Source of the DNA: Candidatus Roizmanbacteria bacterium RIFCSPHIGHO2_12_FULL_37_23
GTDB taxonomy: Bacteria > Patescibacteriota > Microgenomatia > UBA1406 > HO2-37-13b
Length of the DNA: 55,301 nt
Direction: 5' to 3'
Assembly: GCA_001788095.1 (NCBI GenBank)
Contig: MFZX01000038.1
Location: forward strand, 1-55,301
Part shown: in pieces, positions 17,516 to 25,622 of the stretch
Position numbering within the stretch: position 1 is the first letter of the stretch
Layout of the letters: the number at the start of each line of letters is the position of its first letter
Translations under genes and position numbers: made by a program
Notes under the pieces: generated by a model
Databases searched by the model: none
The model's input: the letters and a program-made list of their open reading frames with translations, nothing else
Told to the model about the DNA's origin: nothing

Positions 17516-20500
17516 TCATATTGGACTTAAAATTGATCGCACTGATCGATATGCAGCTACAAGGGCTTTTAATTTTCTCTCATCACCTGATGTTGCATAC
17601 GCTGCGTAACCAGGATTTACCGCGATAAACTTTCCAAGTGCTTGGACATATCTATTACGTTCAGTATCATCGGCTGTTATTGGCGCAATTATTGGTTCAA
17701 GTTGAGCTTTTACTGTATTTGACAGGGTTCCATCATCTCTCTCTAGAGCATCGAAGTCTGCGTTGCTCTCAAGGAATGACCAAAGATTATTAAAAAAACG
17801 CTCTGCTTCTTGTGCTGATATTTCTCTTAATTCTCGACTTGATAAATAGTCATTTATTTTTCGTTTTGCATCATCTTTTTCTGTATCTAGAAGAAGTGGA
17901 GTATTATCAATGTGAACATGAAGTCTCGATCTAACCTCGGAATATTCTTCTCTTCTTTGTTCGTCACCTATTTGCCCATATCCTGTTTCATATTGTGTGT
18001 ATGGAGTTGGTACTTCTTCTTCTGGCGGCTCGCGTCTTGTTCCTGGTTCCATCTCCTCCAGCGGTTTGCGGCGGATCATGGGGATTGGTATTATTGGAAT
18101 AGGTTCGCCTCCTGGAACTGCTTCGTGAATAATCTGGGGAATATCTTTTGTTATATCACCACACAGATCTATGAGCGGTTCTGTTCCTATCTGACCCCCA
18201 CCCAATTCCCCTGTTCCCATACCGGTTGCAAAGACTTTAAGTACTTTTTCTCCATCTTGTTCTGTATACCAGCTTGGTTCCCAAAATCCTCTTTTTCCAT
18301 CTACGCCAAGCCTAAAAACTTCACGTCTGCCATAATATTCAGTTCCAATATTGCCGTCAGCGTATTGATTAAGAGCATCCTGATCTACTAACATACGTGA
18401 GACTTCACCCAACGTTGTTCGTGTTCCATCTGACAATTCTATTTCTGCTGTACTACTTGGGTCCAAATGAAGTAAACCATCTGCGACTCCATCTGCACTA
18501 TCAGGAATCCAGATAGGTTTATCGGTCATACCTGGTAGACTAAAGGCAAAACCCGCTTGTCCCCCGCTTATAACTTGTTGTACATCAATAGGATTTGGGC
18601 TCAATCCTTTTTGCCATCCAACAGCCATTTTGCTCATATCTAATATCAAGGTATTCCCTCTTTTTATGGTATATGCACGTAGTTCGTTGTTCTGGGAACC
18701 TGCCTGGTCATATGCATACCACTCTCTTCGATCAATTTCCGTATGGGCTTTATCCCAAAAAGCCAAGGCATCATCTTTTGTAGCAATATGTGTCCCTCCT
18801 TCGGTGATATTAATCGTGGTATCATCCATGCCTGGACCATATGTCCAGCCTGGCACTATCTCGCCGGTCTGAGGATCAAAACTAAGGTCTTCAACAAGCA
18901 CGTGTGTTGGGTCGCTTTGCAACACCAAATCCCATTTCGCAGGATCAACAGGATCGGGAATCAAGGTGGTGCCTTCAGGAATATGGACGTTTTGTCCAGT
19001 GGCATTAAAAACATATGAATCTCTATCTTCAAGAATGACTTCCTTTAAAGGAGGGAATTTGGTGAGATCGCTCGTATCAATTTGGTGAATATCGAATCCG
19101 GCATTTTCTAGGGCTTCCTGAATATCTGGGTCTAATTCACCAAAAATAGAAAGGTTACCATCAGCATCTAGTACTATATCAGGAAGATCACCAGCAAGCG
19201 GTAAGTGGGTATCTGCATCCCACAGCTCAATTGCCCCTGTACCAGGATCGATAACAGCTTCATACTCAATACCATTAACTTCACCAAGATCTAAAACACC
19301 TCCGGCTTTAAGCTGGGCAACTAATTCTTCTCTGGTAAAACCTGTAGGTGGGAGATTTTCAAAAGGACCACCGAGCTCAGAAAGTTTCTCGAGTACTTCT
19401 CGAACTCCAGGCGTGTGTTCAAGAGCGGTTAATGTTGAAGCGCGAATATGTCTCATCACGCCAAGCTCTCCTAATTCTTGTAAAACAATACCTGAAACTA
19501 AACCAGTTATGGCTCCTTCTCCCGCAGCGATAGAAGTTTGTTTGAGCTGGAACCATTTATAGGCACGATCTTTAGAAGCTTTATCACTAATGAGTCTGTC
19601 AAGCCATTGACTCTCAAAATCACCAGTAATTCTTGTAACATCAGCGTCGCTCATCCCAGCTCTGCGAAGGGCAACTTTTGCAGCAGCGATGTTTCTAACA
19701 AGCTCAAATCTCTCTTGTTCAACAGTTTCTCGGGATGAAAAACTAATAAGATCAATTTTGTCTCCTGTCGATTTATCAAGACGTGTGCGTATTTCAGCAA
19801 CACGGGAAAGTATATCTTGTCGTAATTCATCATTGGTAGGATTGGTACTAAGACGATCGAGCATGGCTTGTAATCCTTCTCTATCTTTTCCGCGAACTTC
19901 ATCTCGATTTCCACCATCGAGAAGATCTGCTGCTTGAGCCATGTCATAGGTAAGCGTATCCATTTCTTTTCTTCTCTTTGCTGTGTCAGGAGAAACCATA
20001 CCATACGCTCGTTCACCCATATGCATAGCGCGGTCAATCTTGACTTCCCGCCAGCGTCGTAGAGCCCCATACCCTGCGCCCACCAAAGAACCGGCAAGTG
20101 GCGCAGCCATCATCGCACGAAGCGTAGTTCGGGGAATTCGAAGAACTGCCGTTGTACCTATAGCTGTTGCTGCCCCAAGAAATGCAGGAGTCCAAAAGGG
20201 TGCAGTATATTTATTTTTTCTCCCAAATGCAGCCATTTTGTCTGCAAGCGTCTCATTAATTTCTGTTTGTCTCGCCCACTGCGCATTTGAAAGCTTGATG
20301 GATATTTTTTGATCAAGTTGATCGAGTGAATAACGATGAGCAGCAATATCTGCACGTACTATACTACCCATCTCTAAAAGATCTGTAGCAAAAAGTTTCG
20401 CTGCTTCTCCATATTGATTTGCTTCTATGCCAAATAGCCTCCTAACAACATCTTCGTCCCCATGAGCTTCCATAAATTCCGCAAGTCTCTTCTGTATATC

Positions 20501-21058
20501 TTCCTCATTTGTTATGGTTCCATTAACTACTGGGCGAATGATTTCATCTAAAAGAAGTCTCTTGAGTTCATCTTCTGCTTCAACCACTCCGGCGCGATCG
20601 GCTCCTCTTTCCTCTACTTCAGTTTTCAATTCTCCAATTTTGGCTTGGCCAGATTCGAAATATTTATCACTTTCATGGGTGGCATCTGCTGCAATTCCGC
20701 GAACAAAATCCATTGATAGAAACGAGTTGTTATTATTATTCATCGCCTCAACAGTCGATTCTGTCCATTTTTGGCGATAGTATTCCTCAAAAACATGAAA
20801 TTTCTTTCTCTGTAAAAAGCTAGAGACACGCTCAGACCATGTCCACGGTTTATACCATTTTCTTTCTGAAGGACCAGCCTCCCGCTGTTGGTGACGAATT
20901 TCTTCTTCAGTAAGTTCTCGAGCTCTTTTTCGAACATCAATAGTACGATTGACGATATAGAACTCGCGACGAAGATGAGCGAGATCACCAGGATCTTCTA
21001 CTGGCTCAGGTATTGGTTCTGGTTCTCCCCCTATTGGTGGTGCTTCTAAGTCTTGCAT
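17516..21058 (-). CDS. large hypothetical membrane protein with Gly/Ala-rich helices and an acidic central domain
   Basis: 1180 aa; AFLGAATAIGTTAV, PLAGSLVGAGYGA, IAAGEGAITGLVSGIV segments. Confidence 0.7.
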   Translation of the reverse strand: MQDLEAPPIGGEPEPIPEPVEDPGDLAHLRREFYIVNRTIDVRKRARELTEEEIRHQQREAGPSERKWYKPWTWSERVSSFLQRKKFHVFEEYYRQKWTESTVEAMNNNNNSFLSMDFVRGIAADATHESDKYFESGQAKIGELKTEVEERGADRAGVVEAEDELKRLLLDEIIRPVVNGTITNEEDIQKRLAEFMEAHGDEDVVRRLFGIEANQYGEAAKLFATDLLEMGSIVRADIAAHRYSLDQLDQKISIKLSNAQWARQTEINETLADKMAAFGRKNKYTAPFWTPAFLGAATAIGTTAVLRIPRTTLRAMMAAPLAGSLVGAGYGALRRWREVKIDRAMHMGERAYGMVSPDTAKRRKEMDTLTYDMAQAADLLDGGNRDEVRGKDREGLQAMLDRLSTNPTNDELRQDILSRVAEIRTRLDKSTGDKIDLISFSSRETVEQERFELVRNIAAAKVALRRAGMSDADVTRITGDFESQWLDRLISDKASKDRAYKWFQLKQTSIAAGEGAITGLVSGIVLQELGELGVMRHIRASTLTALEHTPGVREVLEKLSELGGPFENLPPTGFTREELVAQLKAGGVLDLGEVNGIEYEAVIDPGTGAIELWDADTHLPLAGDLPDIVLDADGNLSIFGELDPDIQEALENAGFDIHQIDTSDLTKFPPLKEVILEDRDSYVFNATGQNVHIPEGTTLIPDPVDPAKWDLVLQSDPTHVLVEDLSFDPQTGEIVPGWTYGPGMDDTTINITEGGTHIATKDDALAFWDKAHTEIDRREWYAYDQAGSQNNELRAYTIKRGNTLILDMSKMAVGWQKGLSPNPIDVQQVISGGQAGFAFSLPGMTDKPIWIPDSADGVADGLLHLDPSSTAEIELSDGTRTTLGEVSRMLVDQDALNQYADGNIGTEYYGRREVFRLGVDGKRGFWEPSWYTEQDGEKVLKVFATGMGTGELGGGQIGTEPLIDLCGDITKDIPQIIHEAVPGGEPIPIIPIPMIRRKPLEEMEPGTRREPPEEEVPTPYTQYETGYGQIGDEQRREEYSEVRSRLHVHIDNTPLLLDTEKDDAKRKINDYLSSRELREISAQEAERFFNNLWSFLESNADFDALERDDGTLSNTVKAQLEPIIAPITADDTERNRYVQALGKFIAVNPGYAAYATSGDERKLKALVAAYRSVRSILSPI

Positions 21059-21105
21059 AATCCTTTATAGTCAAACCACAATTACCAAGCTCCAATTCAC
21101 AAATA

Positions 21106-21188
21106 ACTTACAACCTATAAGCTCCAACTTACAACTTTCCTATTGTGAGTTCTGGTTATCTGTTAGTTGGAACTTGTTGGTTGTAAGT
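21106..21188. repeat. 24-bp imperfect inverted repeat after the DUF5663-like gene
   Basis: acttacaacctataagctccaact versus reverse complement of agttggaacttgttggttgtaagt (21/24 match). Confidence 0.65.
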
Positions 21189-21189
21189 T

Positions 21190-21564
21190 TTAATTTGCTC
21201 CTTCCCCTTCCCGAGCTTTTTTAACGTTCCCCAGATATAACTGTCTAAAATCTGCAAATGCCTTTGCAAAAACCTCTTTTGAATGAGGCATGTTGTCTAT
21301 CAAAAATTTTTCAATCTCTTCTCTCGACTTCTTCTCTTCGTTCATTTTGATAAATTCATCCAAATGCATTTTTGGTAAAGCGGTTGCAACAACGGATGTG
21401 ATATATGCATCAAGTCTTAAATAGAGTTCTTTTATCATCTCCTCTTTCATATCATCATCTTCCATGGTCATTCCTGCATCCTGAAGCATCCCCTCTAAAT
21501 ATGTACGTACTTCTTGAGGTATGGTGAGCTGGTTATTCTGTTGTTGTGTATTTTGATCGTCCAT
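21190..21564 (-). CDS. DUF5663-like CPR protein
   Basis: YLEGMLQDAG...EMIKEL...LDAYI...FAKAFADFRQLYL pattern recalled from CPR proteins; AGGGGGTGA SD. Confidence 0.6.
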   Translation of the reverse strand: MDDQNTQQQNNQLTIPQEVRTYLEGMLQDAGMTMEDDDMKEEMIKELYLRLDAYITSVVATALPKMHLDEFIKMNEEKKSREEIEKFLIDNMPHSKEVFAKAFADFRQLYLGNVKKAREGEGAN

Positions 21565-21713
21565 ATCTTCACCCCCTTTCCACGGTTACAATAGGTTGAA
21601 ATAGGTTATAATATGTTTTTGTGCTATGCTACTCTCAATGTAGCAAACTCATTAATCAAAAGTCAACAGGAACCTATTCTTAACTTATTACAACATATTT
21701 CAACCCCGTATCC

Positions 21714-22784
21714 TTATCCTTGTTGCATCTGGCCAGCTCTATTTCTCTGAGATGCAGCCCAGCCTAAAGCCAGCAAAATCGCACCAAGTGACACACCAAT
21801 TGCTGCAAGTTTAGAATCTTTGCTGTGATAGGATGATTCTAAAGCAGTCCGAACTTCATCGGCTTGTTCATTATTCATGAGTCCTGACCCAGCAAGATTG
21901 GTGACCAATTCTCTGATTCTCTGTGGATTAGCTGGATCTACGACTTCTGAAAGCAACTCTTCAAGTACATTCAATGGTTCTGTTGCAAGACGTTGTAGTT
22001 GTTCATCAGTCATCCGGTGACCAATCACCTCTTCAACTTTGCTTTTTTCAATTATTGCTCTCACGCCCGGTGGCATTTGATCTTCAATAGTAGTATCATT
22101 TTCATCCTTTATTTGCTCACGCAACTGTTGTTGTTCCTGAAGCGCTTGTGTTTTATCTGCAATGCGTTTATCAATCTCAGTTGTATCTCCACCTGTTTCT
22201 CGTAATAGCCTACGCTCCATTTCGAGTCCTTGAATTTCCATTTTTTCAAGATGTATGTCTAGGTCAGCTCCCAAAGCTCTATCATGCGGATCTTCGCTTG
22301 ATCGAAGAGCCTCCTGCATTTTATTCATCTGGGCTTTTTTTCTATCGATCGTTGTATAGACCTTTCCAAGTATCTCATTAGCTTGTTTGAGCGACATACG
22401 ATGAGAATCAACCTCTATTTTCAACGTTCTTCTCATAGTTTGGTAGCGAGATTCAAGTCCGTGGATACTTGTTTGCATCGAACTCAATAACATTAATTGG
22501 CGAGCAGTTTCGGTACTTGCATCAAGAGCTAACCATTGTTCTATAGGAATAGATTCTTCTGGAGTTTCAGGAGGAGCTTCTCTACGTTCATGTGCTGCTG
22601 GTTCAGCTGTTACGGCTTCCGGGCCATCTTCTCTTGCTGGCTCTCGCGGTGATCCATCCACGAGCGGAACTCCTTGTCTCTCAAGCTGTCGAGCTAATCG
22701 TTCCTGGACAGCTGTTAAAGTAGGTCGTGGTGGTTCTACGGTGACTACCTGCGCTGGTGGTTCTACACGTGGACCTTCTACCAT
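21714..22784 (-). CDS. hypothetical coiled-coil protein with C-terminal TM
   Basis: Glu/Gln/Arg-rich heptads; LAAIGVSLGAILLALGWAA. Confidence 0.7.
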   Translation of the reverse strand: MVEGPRVEPPAQVVTVEPPRPTLTAVQERLARQLERQGVPLVDGSPREPAREDGPEAVTAEPAAHERREAPPETPEESIPIEQWLALDASTETARQLMLLSSMQTSIHGLESRYQTMRRTLKIEVDSHRMSLKQANEILGKVYTTIDRKKAQMNKMQEALRSSEDPHDRALGADLDIHLEKMEIQGLEMERRLLRETGGDTTEIDKRIADKTQALQEQQQLREQIKDENDTTIEDQMPPGVRAIIEKSKVEEVIGHRMTDEQLQRLATEPLNVLEELLSEVVDPANPQRIRELVTNLAGSGLMNNEQADEVRTALESSYHSKDSKLAAIGVSLGAILLALGWAASQRNRAGQMQQG

Positions 22785-22806
22785 AAATTAAGTAAAAAAA
22801 ATTGAG

Positions 22807-22836
22807 CTTCACACATGCGGTGTGTGAAGTACGAAA
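22807..22836. repeat. REP-like palindrome, GTGTGAAGTAC family
   Basis: cttcacaca-tgcgg-tgtgtgaag followed by tacgaaa. Confidence 0.65.
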
Positions 22837-22841
22837 TTTTC

Positions 22842-23312
22842 TTATTCGCTCATTTTAAACTCAAGCACTTTCTTCACAACATCCTCAGCCTCATCATATT
22901 TTCCATTTTCTACAAGATCAGTTACTTGTTCTATAGCTTTATACTTGTATTTTTGTTCATATTCTTTCATTAACTTGATTACAAGAGGGTCGAGCTCAGG
23001 ATACCCATCGTTCAACTTTATTGCTGCTTGGAACAAGGCTCCCATAGTCATTCCTGGTTTAATCAGGTCCAAAGTTCGATTTGCGATTTCCTGTATACGT
23101 TTGCTTTGGACATCTTTTCGACCTACTAGTTCCTTCATTATCTTAAGTACTTCCATTTCTATCCATTTCCGAAACGCTTCGCTGGGTTGTTCGTTAAGTG
23201 AATGCGAATTGGAGCTTGGAGGTTGCGCGCCCCGGCGTAGCCCTAGTGCGAAGCGGGGTGAATTTCTTGTATCTTGGGGCTTGTAGGTTGCAGATTGATC
23301 ACCATCTATCAT
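22842..23312 (-). CDS. hypothetical protein
   Basis: 156 aa, helical C-terminal half; promoter 6 nt upstream. Confidence 0.65.
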   Translation of the reverse strand: MIDGDQSATYKPQDTRNSPRFALGLRRGAQPPSSNSHSLNEQPSEAFRKWIEMEVLKIMKELVGRKDVQSKRIQEIANRTLDLIKPGMTMGALFQAAIKLNDGYPELDPLVIKLMKEYEQKYKYKAIEQVTDLVENGKYDEAEDVVKKVLEFKMSE

Positions 23313-23318
23313 ATATTC

Positions 23319-23347
23319 TTTATACGCGGAAGAAATAACTATTGCAA
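23319..23347 (-). promoter_or_regulatory. sigma70 promoter, leaderless
   Basis: TTGCAA-N17-TATAAA, 6 nt before the ATG at 23312. Confidence 0.55.
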
Positions 23348-23361
23348 GAGTGGAATCTCAT

Positions 23362-24045
23362 TTATTTCGCTGGAAAGTCTGGAATTTTAGGACCTTGCGG
23401 CGCTGGAGGAGTCTGAGGAATTGGTTCTTTAGGTTTCTCAGGTGTTAAAGGAACCTGTGGCATCTGGGGAACTGCAGGAGTCACTGGTTCTTGAGGGGCT
23501 TGAGGTGCCGGTGGAGTTTGTGGAGTTTGGGTCGGCTGGACTCCTAAATCTACACCGCCTTTTGATTTAAGATCATTTAAAATTCCATCAAGCTCTTCCT
23601 GTGCTTTGGTTGTCTGATTAACTTTGATGCCATCTGAGCTCTTTGGATCTTGTAGATTTGTAGTAGTTTGCTGGTTAGAACTTGGAGGTTGTCCTGCTTG
23701 AACAGCTTGCTTTGCTTGTTGCACATTCTGATTTACTGGAGTACTCGTTCCGGCACTTTGTGGTTTGGTTGGTTCACCCGCTTTTGCTGCTTCGGTTGTC
23801 AAGGCTGTATCAAACTCAGGTTGTGTAAATCCCTTAAGCATAACTTTCTGTCCATCATCCTTTTCAATTACAGTGAAAGGGACTCCAGCAAAATTATTTG
23901 AGACTGTAAGCATTGCAGAGAGAGCTTCACGATCTTGATCTACTCTTTTTTCATCAAATGGAAGACTTTTGCTTGTCAAATACGCTTTTACATCTTTACA
24001 AAATGCGCTTTTATCATCTGCTATGGTATATAAGGTAATTTTCAT
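23362..24045 (-). CDS. glutaredoxin-like domain (SxxC) with Pro/Gln-rich tail
   Basis: ITLYT...SAFCKDVKAYL...GVPFTVIE...LKGF. Confidence 0.7.
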   Translation of the reverse strand: MKITLYTIADDKSAFCKDVKAYLTSKSLPFDEKRVDQDREALSAMLTVSNNFAGVPFTVIEKDDGQKVMLKGFTQPEFDTALTTEAAKAGEPTKPQSAGTSTPVNQNVQQAKQAVQAGQPPSSNQQTTTNLQDPKSSDGIKVNQTTKAQEELDGILNDLKSKGGVDLGVQPTQTPQTPPAPQAPQEPVTPAVPQMPQVPLTPEKPKEPIPQTPPAPQGPKIPDFPAK

Positions 24046-24057
24046 GCAATTAGTTTC

Positions 24058-24086
24058 ATGTTAGAGAAGTTTTTTAGGAATGTCAA
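24058..24086 (-). promoter_or_regulatory. sigma70 promoter
   Basis: TTGACA-N17-TAACAT on the minus strand. Confidence 0.55.
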
Positions 24087-24090
24087 GAGT

Positions 24091-24125
24091 TAATACGTAT
24101 TACGTATTATGTATTAGGTATTAGG
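24091..24125. repeat. TAATAC(G/C) 7-bp-period repeat, reverse orientation
   Basis: taatacgtattacgtattatgtattaggtattagg. Confidence 0.7.
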
Positions 24126-24140
24126 CAGAACAAACGTGCT

Positions 24141-24704
24141 TTATTCCTCGCTATACAATTCCGCCATATCTAGCAGGTTTACGCATCCATCCTGATTAAC
24201 ATCGAGTGCAGGATCGAATCCTTCATCTTCCTGACAGAGCCATAAAGCATCTTCGGTAAATGAATTAAAACTAAGTGAGAATAATCGGTTATCAGGCGCA
24301 GCAGGTATATAGGCTAATGTTGGACTTGCTAGTCCTGTGTGTATTCGTACATAATAACCTGTTCCTGGATTAAGATTCACAGGTGGATCGAGGTCTTGGT
24401 TTGAAAGATCATGAGTAATTGTTGCTTTGGAATCTTCTGCACATCTAAACTGCGCTCCATCAATACCAATTGAACAGTCAACTGTAGCGCGTACCTCTAG
24501 GTCTGTCACGAATGAAATTCTAAATCCTGTTCCTGAAACCCTCTCAGTCGTAATATTGGTCGGTTTAGAAGCAAATTCTGCTTTTGGTCTGAAGCGTGTA
24601 ACGACAAAAGCACTAACAACTAAAAACGGAAGCAGTACAACCAAAAGAACGATTCCTAAAAGTCGTTTATCAGATTTCAATTTTAACAAAAATTCTTTTC
24701 CCAT
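24141..24704 (-). CDS. TM-anchored FN3-like domain protein with a single dockerin/EF-hand loop
   Basis: ISFVTD...LNPGTGYYVRI; DVNQDGCVNLLD. Confidence 0.55.
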   Translation of the reverse strand: MGKEFLLKLKSDKRLLGIVLLVVLLPFLVVSAFVVTRFRPKAEFASKPTNITTERVSGTGFRISFVTDLEVRATVDCSIGIDGAQFRCAEDSKATITHDLSNQDLDPPVNLNPGTGYYVRIHTGLASPTLAYIPAAPDNRLFSLSFNSFTEDALWLCQEDEGFDPALDVNQDGCVNLLDMAELYSEE

Positions 24705-24710
24705 ACTCCC

Positions 24711-25553
24711 CTATAGTATCAATACTTTGACTATTATACTAATAACAACTAATAATATACCAACTCCAATCGCTGTACCCGTTGTTCTTAGAATACCTGT
24801 TGCCGGAAGTCCTGATGGTGTAGGACTTATGCTCACTGGAGACGGTGTCGCGCTTGCTGTAGCTACAGGTGCTATAGAAGGCGTGATAGTAATTGAAGGA
24901 GTAATTGTTCGAGTAGGTGTAATTGAAGGAGTGATTCGACCAGTTGGCGTAATACTTGACCTTGGAGATGGTATTCGCGTTGGGATAATATCACCTGTTG
25001 GACGTGGTGTTGGTGTTGCGCTCCCCCCTACTCCAGACACTATGAAAGTTGCTTCGTTAAGCTTGCTACATTCGATAATATCTGTAGGTCGAGCACCTTT
25101 TTTCACATTGATGTTTGAATCCCGTGTATCACCAGGCTGACATAAAAAATTAACAACATTACTGCTTTCAAGAACACCCTCAAAAACAATAGTGCCAATG
25201 AGTCCCTCTCCGGATTTCCCATCTGCAGCTCCGGGATTTATTGATGCTCCCATGTTTACTTTATTGTTCATGATTTTTTTAAAAAAAAGCGGAAAAAATT
25301 TTTCACTATCAGACGGTTCTTTTATACTTGCAATGCGTAATTGTGATTCATCATATAATATAACAGCTTCAACTGTTTTTGGCGCTTCTCCTTCAGTATT
25401 AATTTTTACATTAACATCAAATTGCTCTCCTTTTCGCACCGTTTTTGAGCTTGGTTCCAAAGTGAAATATGCCGCGTATGCACTCGAGGAGAATCCGAGA
25501 AGAAATATTGTTGCAACAACTATAAACAGCGTATATCTCGCATGCAATTGCAT
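24711..25553 (-). CDS. cohesin-domain protein with Pro/Thr linker and C-terminal TM anchor
   Basis: Start moved to MQLHARY; GEQFDVNVKINT...VEAVILYDESQLRI...GTIVFEG; LPATG followed by a hydrophobic tail. Confidence 0.7.
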   Translation of the reverse strand: MQLHARYTLFIVVATIFLLGFSSSAYAAYFTLEPSSKTVRKGEQFDVNVKINTEGEAPKTVEAVILYDESQLRIASIKEPSDSEKFFPLFFKKIMNNKVNMGASINPGAADGKSGEGLIGTIVFEGVLESSNVVNFLCQPGDTRDSNINVKKGARPTDIIECSKLNEATFIVSGVGGSATPTPRPTGDIIPTRIPSPRSSITPTGRITPSITPTRTITPSITITPSIAPVATASATPSPVSISPTPSGLPATGILRTTGTAIGVGILLVVISIIVKVLIL

Positions 25554-25622
25554 ATAAGAGATGGTACATGATACCGGCGAATTAAACAAGAGGTTCGGAT
25601 CGGATATGGTATGATAAAAGAT

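Noticed and set aside
24770-24790. LPATG as a sortase LPxTG signal
   Set aside because: The motif fits and a hydrophobic tail follows, but there is no clear basic C-terminal tail and no sortase in the window; left as a possibility only
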